From contig NC_042998.1 in the NCBI RefSeq assembly GCF_006345805.1, forward strand, positions 115,072,001-115,136,000: a stretch of DNA of 64,000 nt, read 5' to 3'. The translations under genes were made by a program, and so were the position numbers. The stretch comes from Octopus sinensis. Its lineage: Eukaryota. The notes below the pieces were generated by a model. The model was not told the DNA's origin, made no database searches, and saw nothing but the letters and a program-made list of their open reading frames with translations. This document shows positions 26,073 to 38,439 of the stretch, in pieces. Position 1 is the stretch's first letter. Each line of letters starts with the position of its first letter.

Positions 26073-26937
26073 AATATTCGCGTGTATGTGTGTGCGAGTG
26101 TGTGTTTGTGTTTATGCGATATTTTTATCGTTTTGATAAGCGACAGAGAAATAGAAGAGGGTGTAGGGATAGTGACAATTATCTGGGACGTAAATTTCTT
26201 GGAATGATACAGAAATGTCTGGTGAAACTGGAAACCTAGTTCAGAATGACTGCAACAGCGTGGTTTCCGCCAAAAGCAACCAAGTACCAGGTGACTGACA
26301 TAAATTGAGCAACTGTTTATGATTAGCGACCTCAAAAGCAACAAATGGATTTGAACTCAGAGCTGTGATGAATATCACAAGGTTTCTTCCCACACCTTGC
26401 CTTAAAGTGGCAATATTTTTATCGAAATCGGAGAGAAGAAATGTGATGCTGATTTCGTCGATTAATGAACCGAGAAATCAAAAACTGTAGTAAATAGCGT
26501 GAAGCATTTCATGTTATGTGATTACGCTAAAATATTTTAGTTTTAATCATATCTGTGTCTCTAGGAGCCAATATGGTGCTTCGGGCTCTCCCAACTGTCT
26601 GTCAATAACTAAACCCTGTGAATACTGTCTGCTGTGTTCAGATTCATGGCAATTAGTATGCAATATGAATTTTAATTTTATCGTCTGCCTACAATTCTCT
26701 TTGAAATAGAAAATTATTTTTCATTGATTATAAGAATGTAGTTTGTTTTATTACATTTATTTGCTAACAGGGCGCCATATAATGTGATTCAATGCATTTA
26801 TTAGAGTATATTTTCTTCGAAACCACACCGTTATGCCTGTCAATGGCGTATAAACATTAAATATGATAAACTAATATATGTAATTTAATGTTGTTTCACA
26901 TATGTACCCTGAGAATATTTATCTATCTATCTATCTA

Positions 26938-27000
<63 letters not shown>

Positions 27001-27236
27001 ATAAAGGCGCTGCTCTAGCATGGCCGCAGTCAAATGGCTGAAACATGTAAAACAATAAAAGATTATATATATATATATAGTGAATATTTACAAAAATACA
27101 AAACACAAAGACGGGTATGTAAACACAGAAATAAGCAGGGAGAGAAAATTGAAAAAGGTTTAGTGGCTAGCGATCTATCATGGATATATATATATATAAA
27201 GATGTACATATTATACACACATACATACACACATAT

Positions 27237-27430
27237 CAGTGGTGTAAGATGGTTGTTGTACTGAGTGTGCTGCGACACCCAATGACACCATGTTTCAAGT
27301 AGAGGTATAACAAAAGTTTTCCAATAAGATTTGCGACTGAATTAATGAATAAGATTACTATTTATAGTGAGTTTGCTATTTTCGATGGGTGTGCAGCACA
27401 CACCAAACACTCCCGGAATATACGCCCCTG
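27237..27430. mobile_element. MITE of ~194 bp with imperfect ~50-bp TIRs (hAT/Harbinger-like CAG(T/G)GG(C/T)GTA ends)
   Basis: Left CAGTGGTGTA...GTGTGCTGCGACACCC; right end on minus strand CAGGGGCGTA...GTGTGCTGCACACCC. Confidence 0.7.
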
Positions 27431-27449
27431 ATATATAATATATACTATA

Positions 27450-27516
<67 letters not shown>

Positions 27517-28499
27517 GTATACACACACACACACATATATATACCGAGAGTGAGAGAGAGAGAGAGAGAAAGAGATGTTTGTGTGCCAAGTAACACTTTA
27601 CGAAAAGAGTCCTTGGTCGTTCAAGGAAAAAGATCGATTCCTAGAGGTTGACTGGTAGTTTTTCGCTGTCAAAATAATGAAAAGTACAGAAGACTTCTTT
27701 TCTATTTGAACTAATATAACAGAAAGCTAGAACTAATAGTATGTTACGAAATCTTCTTGTTTCATGTCTATATTATAGTTTTCGAGAGTGGTGTGCGAGG
27801 GCGATTTGACTGCCGTCTCTAACTGGTCCAGCAACTGCGTCAAGTCTCACTCCTTCACAAACTGATGTTACTTGAAATGTGAGTGCTGATGCTGTTCTTG
27901 GTGTTGTTGCTGATGTTGTTGTTGTTGTTGTATTTGTTATTGCTGCTGCTGTTGTTGTTCTTGGTTGTGGTGCTGGTGATGAGGTCGGAGGCGGGAAGTA
28001 TGAGCGTGTGATAATGATTTGGTGCTGAGACGTAAAGCTTTTGCAATCAAGGAAAATAATCTACGTGAAATCTAATAGTGTTTATAGTGTTTATCAACTT
28101 CAACTAAAATACATTAATAATAATCAGTTCGTTTAGTGAACATTCTGTCAAAGAGATGAGATTTATATAACGAGGAATAAATGAAATAAAGAAAAAAGCA
28201 ATACAGAGAATCGGATGTAGAGAGTCAGAGGGGAGTATGCGTGGAGATTTTCATTCCTCTAAAGTTTATCAGCTTTATCTTCAGAGTTATGTTAATTCAA
28301 TGAATGCAACTTCAATACATCGCCTTACTTCTCTTTCATTAAATAAGCGACAAGACGTGGAAGACATGCAAGAGTGATCTGCCTTGTTAAACACAATTAG
28401 TAGGATGTGACGATAAAAAGGATACAAAAATAAAGATTTATTTGCCAACATATTCAGACATACTCACACATTCGCATAGAAGCAACTGCAGAATTCGAG

Positions 28500-28960
28500 T
28501 ACTCACATACATACATACGTACGTACATACATGCATACACACATACATACATACATACATACATACATTCATACATACATACATACATACATACATACAA
28601 ACATACATACATACATATATACATACATACAAACATATATAAATACATACATACATACACACATACATACATACATACAAACATATATATATACACACAC
28701 ATGCATACATACATACAAATAGAAAGCAGTACATATTCACATACACATAGATATATATGCATCCATACATACAGATAGACAGACATATATACAAACACAC
28801 ACAAATGAATACATACTATCATACCTACCTACCTACCTACCTACCTACCTACCTACCTACCTACCTACTACCTACCTACCTACTTACTTACCTACCTACC
28901 TACCTACCTACCTACCTACCTACTACCTACCTACCTACCTACCTAGATACATAGATACAT
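28500..28960. repeat. (TACA)n followed by (CCTA)n tetranucleotide arrays
   Basis: Read directly. Confidence 0.97.
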
Positions 28961-29039
28961 ACATGCATCAATGTATATAATGTAGCACATAGAGCATGAA
29001 TGAGAATTAGAAAAATAAATTTAAATCCTAGAAAGCCTG

Positions 29040-29700
29040 GCTGTGACAGAAATAAGAATGTCATCTATAGATAAGCAGGGAAAGTCGAGAGAATTTTCTG
29101 GGCAACCGTTTCAAGTTTGTTGATTACTCCTCAAAGAAGGCGCAGGTTTGTAGTTTCCCTCTGATACATTCTCAGCAAGGAATGTGTCAACTTCCTGAGC
29201 AAGGACAGCAAAACTCACTTTCCATAACACCAATAAATAGCAGCTCCATTTCCTTCTTTAATGAGGAGTGAACTTGATGGTGACGAAGAAAAAGTAGTCT
29301 AAATAAGTAAAAAAAAAGTAGAAAAGCGAAACACACAATGACATCAAGAAACAGCACAAAACCAGAAAAATATAAGTGGAGGAGCAACCTTCTCAGAAAA
29401 ATAAAAATGCTCTTCCTTAGGATAATGAGGAAAACATTAATGAGGACGATGAAGTTCGCTTAAGCAACCTTCGAAAACCAAATAACAGGCAGGCAGAATA
29501 ACATTTCGTGGTGCAACGGCTATAACCATTGTATAGAAAATGACTGAGCTGCTGTGCAATTGCTGTTGAAATATAGGATTCATACAAAAAAAACAAATTG
29601 ATGATAAAACGATACAAATATAAGTTTGATGTTGCTTTTTACCCCTCTACACTCAAAAATGTCTAAGGGGTTGTATGAGACGTCAGCACAAGCAATGGTG
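29040..29700 (+). mobile_element. Possible decayed pogo/Tigger transposase C-terminal region
   Basis: Acidic stop-ridden frame (SELDGDEEK, DNEENINEDDEVR, AVEI*DSYKK...TIQ-KFDVAF, similar to the pogo tail YKEIYDEKK..TVQTKLDMF). A competing piggyBac-like LSIDDILISVTARLS occurs on the minus strand, so the family is unresolved. Confidence 0.35.
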
Positions 29701-29721
29701 GTCTGCTAAGAATGCAGGGTA

Positions 29722-29921
29722 CAGTAATCCCTTGCCATATCGCGGTTCATCTATTACTTAAGCTTACGTCGATTCCTCCACGGTGTTACTTTGCATTTAT
29801 AATAAAATAAATATATAAAAATCATTAAAAAAAATATACAGTACAGTTTCTACTTCGAGAATTTTCACCTATCGTAGGCGGGGTTTGAAACGTAACACCT
29901 GCGATAGTCGAGGGATTACCA
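29722..29921. mobile_element. pogo/Tigger-type MITE (200 bp)
   Basis: TA|CAGTAATCCCTTGCCATATCGCGG ... CTGCGATAGTCGAGGGATTACCA|TA; inverted termini with TA target duplication. Confidence 0.8.
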
Positions 29922-30129
29922 TACACTAACGCGACTTAGCCAGCTGTTTCTGGGACGGGTGGTGAAGGATCACAATATATTTTACATTTTATTCTCGTTC
30001 TAAATACATATTGTTTTAGGTATTGCGTGATTTATTATAGATTCTGTACGAATATTCCAAACTGATTCCTATTTTTATCAGTATTTAAATTTATTTCTCG
30101 TTTATGCTTAAAATTTTGCTCTATACTTC

Positions 30130-31050
30130 ACGTCATTTTAAATCCTCCGTTTGCCGTATATCATATTCTATCGTATCTCTTCAAGTCTTTCTAAAGGCTC
30201 TTCAAATTTCTGAATTCATTTTTAGGATTCTTGCAGAATACAGGATTGCAATTTTGCGCACGAAAATGCAGGTTCCATTTCCAGTATCCTTCTATCTATT
30301 GCGTGGCTATTTAGGTGTTGTAACAAGCGAACCAAATACCACGAGGATAAATGTCTCCAACAATCTCTTCATCTTACTGGCTACCTTTGTAGTAATTTTA
30401 TAACATCCAATTTTGTCTAAATTACATATCGATATCCTTATATTTCCGAATTTTTGCTAATCAAATTTACAGATTTCAGCACTTGACCAGTTAAATATAT
30501 TGAAAGGTTAAGTTATGAGCGGTATGGCTTAAGTTTGTCTTGCCTCTATCGCATTCCCTGTGTTTAGCAAGAGTATAGCTCTTACTTTGCAATAGTATTC
30601 TTTTCTGACCTTTTCCATCATTCCATAGCCTTCATATACCCACAAGTATTGATAACCTTCCTCTGCTTCTAACTGCCTACGGTTTGTTGACCAAATTCAA
30701 CGTTGGATGGTTTTGAAAGCTTCCCTCCGATGAAGATAGTTTTTGCACATTTGTCAAGGCCAAATTATTGTTGCTGTTGTTTTGTCGTCGTCGTCATCAT
30801 GATTATCATCATCATCATCATTGATGATATACTAGAGAAATACAGAGACATAAAGATTAAGTAATTACCATGTCTCGTCAGGAGAAAGAGACATAATAAA
30901 AGGTAAGGTAAAAGCAAAAGGGTCTCGTATGGCACGTATATTAGTGCCAACAAATATAAGGCTTACTGTCGGCTGTTGAAAGAACAATTCTAAGATTTCC
31001 TTCGTACTGAATACACGAAGGCACAACTCTAACAAGGTGCATGGCACGTC
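30130..31050 (-). mobile_element. Decayed R4/Dong-like LINE reverse transcriptase
   Basis: FGLDKCAKTIF, EAEEGYQYLWVYEG, EKVRKEYYCKVRAIL and the AIPLIT..FNIFNWS-like segment match the family motif FGLDKCAK...YKYLG..E...KIRKEYYRRVRxIL...NW. A microsatellite is inserted at about 30765-30830. Confidence 0.75.
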
Positions 31051-31838
31051 AAGTAACCTTTATTGATATTGAACGATTGTGGAACATACAATTTAATAAC
31101 TTATGCTTTTTGTCTCTCCCAGTGATATTCCTCACTCTCTTTCTCTTCCTTTTACTCACTCAGTCTCTTAATCACACTTTCGCTCAAATACTATCGTTAA
31201 TAATTTGTTTTTACTTCACAGTTGACAGTTGAGTATAATGAAATATAATGAATCGTAGGTATTGTAAACATTTCCACGTACGCCATAATATACGTTTCAA
31301 TTGCTATTTAATTTCAAAGTGTCACAAATATGTCACGACATCCATAATTGACAGGAGACAAATATAGAAAGAATATAGGTGAATTGTCACTAATTTATAC
31401 ATTAATCTATTAGTAAATATATGCGTATGTATGCTTGTGTGTATCTGTGTGCATGAATATCTGTGTGAGTGTGTCTGCGTGTTCGTATGTATGTATTTGT
31501 ACGCATTTTGGGGTGTATGTTTGAATGTTGTGCTTAAATATGAGTTAAGCGTTTGTAGGATAGTGGGCTAGTTTTAAGTGTAGGTATATGAACATTCATA
31601 TAGATATGCTAATATTTCCTTATCTATGTATTTATTCTGTCTATCCCTGGATCTATGTCATACATACACACATATGCATAAATGTATATCTATATAAGTA
31701 TATATATACATATATATATATATATATGTGTGTGCGTGTGTGTGTTATGTATATATATACTTACATAATTTTACACATATATATAAATATTATATGTATA
31801 TCTGAGTGTGTATTTATATACATACAAACGCATATGCG

Positions 31839-31869
<31 letters not shown>

Positions 31870-31874
<5 letters not shown>

Positions 31875-32045
31875 CCTCTGTCTTCCCTTCTCTGGATCTT
31901 TCATTATCCTATGTTTCCGACGAAGAGCTCCGCTCGAAACGTTAAACCCTCCTTCTTTCCTTCATTCCTGAGCGTCCAATAATACTATATTTGCTCCAAG
32001 TCCTCGCGTTGTTGTGGTTTTTTGTGCTTTCTTGTTCGGATTAAC

Positions 32046-32046
<1 letters not shown>
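31870..32046 (+). mobile_element. Short (TA)n-embedded cassette (Penelope pseudo-LTR/retrozyme-like), copy 1
   Basis: About 175 bp between TA tracts, homologous to 39795-39968; carries a hammerhead-like motif. Confidence 0.7.
31913..31947 (+). ncRNA. Minimal type I hammerhead-ribozyme-like motif (U4 to C in the core)
   Basis: GTTT-CCGACGA-A-GAGC(TCC)GCTC-GAA-ACGT-T-AAAC: stem I GTTT/AAAC, stem II, palindromic ACGT stem III, GUU triplet. Confidence 0.55.
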
Positions 32047-32094
<48 letters not shown>

Positions 32095-32125
32095 AGTTTG
32101 CCCCTTATGTTTGAAGTCTATGCTT

Positions 32126-32210
32126 TCATCTGAAGAGGACGGATTCTTTCAAATTGATGTAATATTTTCATTAATCAATGAAATAGAGCCGCTTGAAACG
32201 GCCGTAATGA
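32126..32210 (+). ncRNA. Type I hammerhead-ribozyme-like motif with intact catalytic core
   Basis: TCAT-CTGAAGA-GGACGG...CCGCTT-GAA-ACGGCCGT-A-ATGA: stem I TCAT/ATGA, CUGANGA, GAAA, palindromic stem III, GUA triplet. Stem II has two G-U pairs and one A-C mismatch. Confidence 0.62.
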
Positions 32211-32433
32211 TTTGACATCTTTATTACTTATTTATAATCTGTTCACCTAACTTGGAATCTGTACTCCGAAATACAGTAGAAAGGGCCTTTATACAGAGTA
32301 CATGTCTGAATTACCAAGAGAGGATATCTTCAGTTAGCTGGGTTGCGTTGTCTGCATACATGACAGGAATATTAGGCACAAATACCCCTACATGGAGTCT
32401 TGAAATTCAAAATTCAAGTAATATTGTTGGAGC

Positions 32434-32510
<77 letters not shown>

Positions 32511-32763
32511 GTATGTTTCGACCAAAGATTGGTCCAGGCCATGTCTATCTTAATAGCACCACCTGATAGGATTATCTAAATCCTTTTTAAGTCAAGTTTT
32601 GTTTATGGTCCATTCATATAGTGATTTCTTGTTGAGTGAATTGTATCCAGGTATGGGTGGCTTATCTGGTATTCCTTGAAGAAATCTGTCCAGACACCGT
32701 TTAAAGGTGATGGGATTCTTTTCCTCTTTAATCAATTTTGGGACATATATTTAATATATATGT

Positions 32764-32867
<104 letters not shown>

Positions 32868-32893
32868 TATATATATATAGATATATATATATA

Positions 32894-32930
32894 TACGTAT
32901 AGTAAGTAGTTAGATTGAAAGATAGATAGG

Positions 32931-32969
<39 letters not shown>

Positions 32970-33059
32970 ATATTAATATATGCATATATACATATGTACA
33001 CAAAAATATAAATATATTAATATATATGCCCATATAAAAACATGTATATATATATATAT

Positions 33060-33113
<54 letters not shown>

Positions 33114-33203
33114 ATATATATATATATACATGTTTTTATATGGGCATATATATTAATATATTTATATTTTTGTGTACATATGTATATATGCATATATTAA
33201 TAT

Positions 33204-33286
<83 letters not shown>

Positions 33287-33310
33287 AATCTAACTACTTA
33301 CATATACGTA
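32894..33310. repeat. Inverted duplication centred on (TA)n
   Basis: 32894-33070 is the reverse complement of 33103-33310 apart from microsatellite length and small indels. Confidence 0.92.
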
Positions 33311-33969
33311 TGTGTGTACGTGCATGTTTGAGTGTGTAAATATACACGGGAAGTTATATATAACAGTAGAGATATGTTTGTGGAATATCGAGTTTTTATT
33401 CTATGTGTGCTAATTTATGCGCAAAATCTCATTAACAGAAGTTTTAATGACATTTTGCGTTGAAGATGAAAATGACGATAATCATGATGCCGATGATCAT
33501 GATGATAATCCGGTAGATTCTCACGCTGTAGATGGTGGCGATGATGACAACACTGATGATCACTATGATGATGACGATGACGATTATGATGATGATAACG
33601 AAGATGACCATTATGACGACGGCCGCGAAGATGTCGAAGTAATGCTTAAACAGTCAATTAGTTTCTTAAGTAATTTTGAGGAACAGGTGTTTATAATTTG
33701 GTAAATAGGAAGCCGTTGAATCTAGTTATGCTTCAGTTAATATAGAACAAAGGAGTATATGAGAAGAGTTGACACTATTGTTTGTATACTAAAGAGAGAT
33801 GCTTAAGTAATTAAAATACACAACTGATATAACTATACGGAAATAAACAAACACACATCTATATGTATATTAGATAAATATTTTCTGCCTGTATTCATAT
33901 CTATCTGCCTATCTTTCTGTCTGTCTTTCTTCCTCTGTGTGTTTGTGGGTATATTTTGTATTATATTAT

Positions 33970-34002
33970 ACTAGCAAACGCACCCGTCCTTTGGACGGTT
34001 TA
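33970..34002 (+). mobile_element. Helitron-like terminus
   Basis: ACTAGC followed by the hairpin CCGTCC-TTT-GGACGG; the other end was not located. Confidence 0.4.
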
Positions 34003-34410
34003 AATTGCTTTCGTGGTATTTTTTCACCAAATAATTGAACTACCGAGAAGGTTTATGTGTAGCATGGCAATCTGTTTCCGATTAACCTTGGAACGGAAAA
34101 TCAAATTGAAGGCTGGTTATTGTGGAGGTTGTTGCACTTTGATTATCATAGAACATATAAGTTTGCAAGCAATGTAAAGTAGAGCAACTGAAGTGTTTTG
34201 GGAGTAGATTACGGATATAATTATTAGCAGGATTCTCGAATTGATTCTGTTGATGCAGAGGTGTAATAATTACATCGGACTAACCTTCAGCAATTCGACC
34301 TTACATTCTTCACCGATATACGTCTAAGGGTTTCAGACATATCGAATTTCAGAAGTACACTTCAATCTTTTCTCTCTCTCATTGTGCATATATCTATATA
34401 TATATATGTA

Positions 34411-34483
<73 letters not shown>

Positions 34484-34799
34484 CATAATATTGAGGTCTC
34501 TTTCTTTTGTTATCTTACGGTTTTTACCAATATATATATATATGCGTGTATGTGTGTCTGAGTGCATACATATAAAATACATGCTCTGTGTGTATCTCGG
34601 AAATATGAGGATAAAAAATTAAAATAATTTAGTACCAGTGGTTAGCATGCATAAACAACAGTCATAAGACAACATATTTCTAAAAATATAAAATGTATAA
34701 AATACTTTTATACACAGAGAGGAGACTTTGATTAGACTCCTTACATGCTATTTTATACACTTTATATACTCTGTATATATACATATATGTCTGTATGTA

Positions 34800-34854
<55 letters not shown>

Positions 34855-34858
<4 letters not shown>

Positions 34859-35010
34859 AGGTGCAGTTTGTACTGAGACTCCATCGATTACGGTGACGAG
34901 TGTTCTAATTGATCCGATCAATAGAATGAAATTAACGTTGAAGTGACTAAGCATTCCACAGACACTTGTGCCCTTGAGGTAGTTCTCATGGACGTTCAAT
35001 CATCTGGAAA
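34855..35010 (-). mobile_element. SINE family C 3' fragment
   Basis: Minus strand GAGAACTACCTCAAGGGCACAAGTGTCTGTGGAATGCT...GATCGGATCAA. Confidence 0.65.
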
Positions 35011-35869
35011 GCTGCCTATGGATCATCAATACTCTAAATATTTGAAAAATATATTTGTTTTTTAACAGGAGGGGGAAGTTTGGGTCACGACTTTATGTAT
35101 ATCTTTCGGAAAATTAAAATCTGTATTACCGTATTAAATGTGTTTCAGAAATTACACAAAAATATCCACACAAATCTAATGTTTATTTTACACCTAATGT
35201 TTTATGACTGTGAATAATGGTAGCCTTTTTGGCAAATTCTTCATAAATTTGGAGAGACTATAAAAGATGTGTTGCGATCTTGTAAGTATAGAAGCTATTT
35301 TACAATGAAACGCACACAGGAATACGAAATAGTGTTTGTAAGGAAGATGAATAAATTTCAATATAATCTACTATATACATAACTATATTCTCGGAAAAGA
35401 CCATTTTAGAAGCCAGCGCTAAGATACAAACGCTACTTTAAATCTTATCAGCAAAATGATACCACTTATTTGAAGAGGAGTGGAATAAGTGCAGTTGATA
35501 TGATATCGTAGTGAAAAATAGTGTGAAGAGAATCACATTAGGAAAAGGAATGCTAGAGATGTGTAGAGCAGTTTGCTCAAAAGGTCGGGAAAACTCAGGC
35601 AAATAACATCGACCACACAAATTATACAACATGATTCCGCACAGTTTTTGTCAGTGATTTTGATTTGATTATAAATTTACTCGATCGAGACTGGCTTGGA
35701 GATAAACAATGATCACACTTACGACGACGACGACGACGACAGTAACAATAACGACTGGTTTCAGTTTATTTGACTGTGGGAGATTAGTAAAAAGTTCGAT
35801 GACTGCATGGGAATAGACGATAATTTCACAATTTCATATAAGACCGCGAGTTGCCAGAATCACCTGTAT

Positions 35870-36055
35870 GTTGGGAAAGTGCTTAGCAGTATTTCACAAG
35901 TCTTTACGATCGGAATTCAAATGGCCCCAGGATCGACTTGGCGTTTAACTCTTTTGGGTTCGATAAAATGAGTACCAGTTGAATATTGGGATCGATGTGA
36001 TCAATTTATTCCCACTCCCAAATTTGCTGGCCTTGTGCCAAAATTTGAAACCAAT
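35870..36055 (+). mobile_element. SINE family A (diverged)
   Basis: GTGCTTAGCAGTATTTC...TCGATAAAATGAGTACCAGTTG...GGCCTTGTGCCAAAATTTGAAACC. Confidence 0.75.
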
Positions 36056-36225
36056 GTTTCTATTTCATACCAAGTATCGATAAGATTTATCAATATGCTG
36101 ACTTGTTACCAATCAGCTCTATAACTGTTAGGTTTCTGAAACCAGATAGACTAAAAAGTAAGTCATTAAATGGTTGCTGAAATTACAAAACATTCTATGG
36201 AAAAACCAATCAGGCCTCGCTCAAA

Positions 36226-36435
36226 TCAGACTAAGATAAGATAAATAATAAACGATACATTCCCTACAAAAAAATCCGGGAGGGTCACTTTTGGAATGGC
36301 TTTGACCATACGACTGTTCGTATGAGACTTAGTAATAACAATAATATTATCAAGAATATCTTTACTGAAAACTTCCTCACAAAAATCCTGTTGGATTTTG
36401 TGAATATCGTTTAAAGTGTGTATGATGTCTTCCAT
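36226..36435 (-). CDS. Unassigned 69-aa ORF / candidate coding exon (MEDIIHTLNDIHKIQQDFCEEVFSKDILD...PKVTLPDFF)
   Basis: Non-repetitive, protein-like composition, helical heptad pattern, the mirror frame is also largely open. Splice donor is weak and no family was recognised. Confidence 0.25.
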   Translation of the reverse strand: MEDIIHTLNDIHKIQQDFCEEVFSKDILDNIIVITKSHTNSRMVKAIPKVTLPDFFVGNVSFIIYLILV

Positions 36436-36479
36436 TTTACTATTTTCCTTTTTATATTTGTTGTTGTTGTTGTTGTTCG

Positions 36480-36514
<35 letters not shown>

Positions 36515-37473
36515 TTGGTGTTGGTGGTGTTGGTGGTGGTGTTGTGGTAGTGGTGTTATTTGTTATTAAGCGTTGGAGTTGTGAAGTAACATTTATAAAA
36601 GTGAGTAGACATTAGGCTCAGAATATCTGCTGTACATAACGATGATTCACTGACAACAACATATAAATAAAACATCGCAGAAGAGCAGCTATTTGAATAC
36701 AACATATACAGTAGACAAAATACACCACATAATATTATGAAACAAATCAAACATAGAAGTAAATATAAAAAGTCTCCTTATTTCCTTAATGTCTGTTCAA
36801 ATAACGTTTTACCACGAAAACATGCATAAATATCTAACGAAAAGAAATAAGAGAAAACGAAAGTCATGAATAAATATAAATAAGAGATATCTTGTTATGT
36901 ACTTCAATAAAGAGACATATAAAAATAATAATACGTGTGGGAAGCGAAAGTCATGTCAACGCGAAATAATAGTAAGGGAGTTAGGGAGATATATAGAAAC
37001 CACAAGGCATCAAGACGCTGTGCATTGGTGTCCCGGTTATTTAGTGGCTTTCAGCATGCATGGCATTTCATTCATCTGCCTGATAATGTCCATTAGGCAA
37101 GAGAAGGCCGAAAATGACTTCTATAGAGACCAGTGTGTAACGAAGGATCCAGGCTTTCAGACACCTGGGGTGAGAACAGCTCTAACAATGTTACCGGCTG
37201 GAAAGAATGAAAAAAAAAATATTTACTATGCAATCATACGCACCAATACAGATAACAACTCTTTTTATTCGCTAGAGGAACTCATGTATGGCCTTAAGCG
37301 ATAAGAGAGATCTGTGCCATTGTGAAGAGGCCATTGCCGGGATATAAGAGCTATTACATGCTGGCTGTCTCCCGGTCAAACTGAACAAAAGACAACCTAA
37401 AAATAAAATTCACAATTTTATTATCATAATACTGATAATGATGTTGATGATAACAGCCATGGCGACGATGACG

Positions 37474-37592
<119 letters not shown>

Positions 37593-37609
37593 AGTGATAT
37601 GATGATTTC

Positions 37610-38190
37610 AAATTTTGGCGGAATGGAGTTAGTTGATTATATCGACCCCACTACTTGAATGATACTTTGTTTTATCGACCCTGAAAAGATTAAAAGCAAA
37701 TTTGACTTCGGCGTGATTACATTTTGCGTGCTACATTCCGTTCTAACGACTCTGACGATCCACCGTCTTGATAATAGTCTCTTTCATAGGATCATGTCTA
37801 TATATTTCAACAAAGGATTTAGCCGATTAAATCAAATACAGTACTTTACTGGTACCTAATTATATCGACCCCGGAATGATGAAAGACAACGTTGACCTTA
37901 GCGAGTTTTGAACTCATAGTGCAAAGCGCTAGAACAAAAACTGCAAGGAATTTTGTCCAGCGCTTTAACGATACTGTCGCTCCACCAGCCTTCATCGTTC
38001 ATTAATAAGATTGGTAATTATTTCTAAATTAGGCACTCTTTCAGCAGTTTTCAGTGAAAGATCTTACCGATACCGTAGACCCCAATATTTGGTTCGTATT
38101 GTATTTTATCGATCTCGGCAGAATTTGAACTTATATGGTAAAAAGCTGAAACAAATACTTCCAAAGAACAATGTAATCTAGTAATCCTCC
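37610..38190 (-). mobile_element. Cluster of three diverged SINE family A fragments
   Basis: Repeated ATCGACCCC..TTTATCGACCC and GAATTTGAACT segments at about 37640, 37860 and 38110. Confidence 0.7.
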
Positions 38191-38439
38191 GCCATTTGCA
38201 GACTGATAGCAACTATAATAATAAATGTTAGGGGGAGATGTCAGCGAATATAACTAGCACCAGTAAAATATTTGGTATATATTTCAAGGACAACGTTATT
38301 TAAGATGAAGTTTGAATTCAGAAAAGCAAATGAGTTTAACTGAATACTGGGAGATATTTAGTCCGATAATTATCGTTTTTTTTCATTCTCTGTCTGTGTA
38401 TTAGCCCTCTGTGAAGAATCTTTATGCAGCATATCAATT

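Noticed and set aside
27855-28046. Thr-rich mucin-like or poly-Gln exon
   Set aside because: Degenerate (CAA/CAG)n repeat; the Gln frame has stops and the donor is weak.
28820-28945. (TAGG)n as an interstitial telomere
   Set aside because: It is a tetranucleotide repeat, not TTAGGG or TTAGG, and grades into (TACA)n like other microsatellites.
29219-29298. Minus-strand 80-nt exon with strong acceptor and GTGAGT donor
   Set aside because: It lies inside a probable decayed DNA transposon, two frames are open and neither is recognisable. Kept only as a site to check in RNA-seq.
33417-33704. Asp-rich 95-aa ORF as an acidic or biomineral protein exon
   Set aside because: Consistent with a decayed (GAT)n tract, whose GAT frame rarely acquires stops; splice signals are weak.
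36897-37304. 135-aa plus-strand ORF and the minus-strand acceptor at about 37197 (PVTLLELFSPQ...SLA*)
   Set aside because: No recognisable domain, and no phase-compatible link to the 39361 exon.
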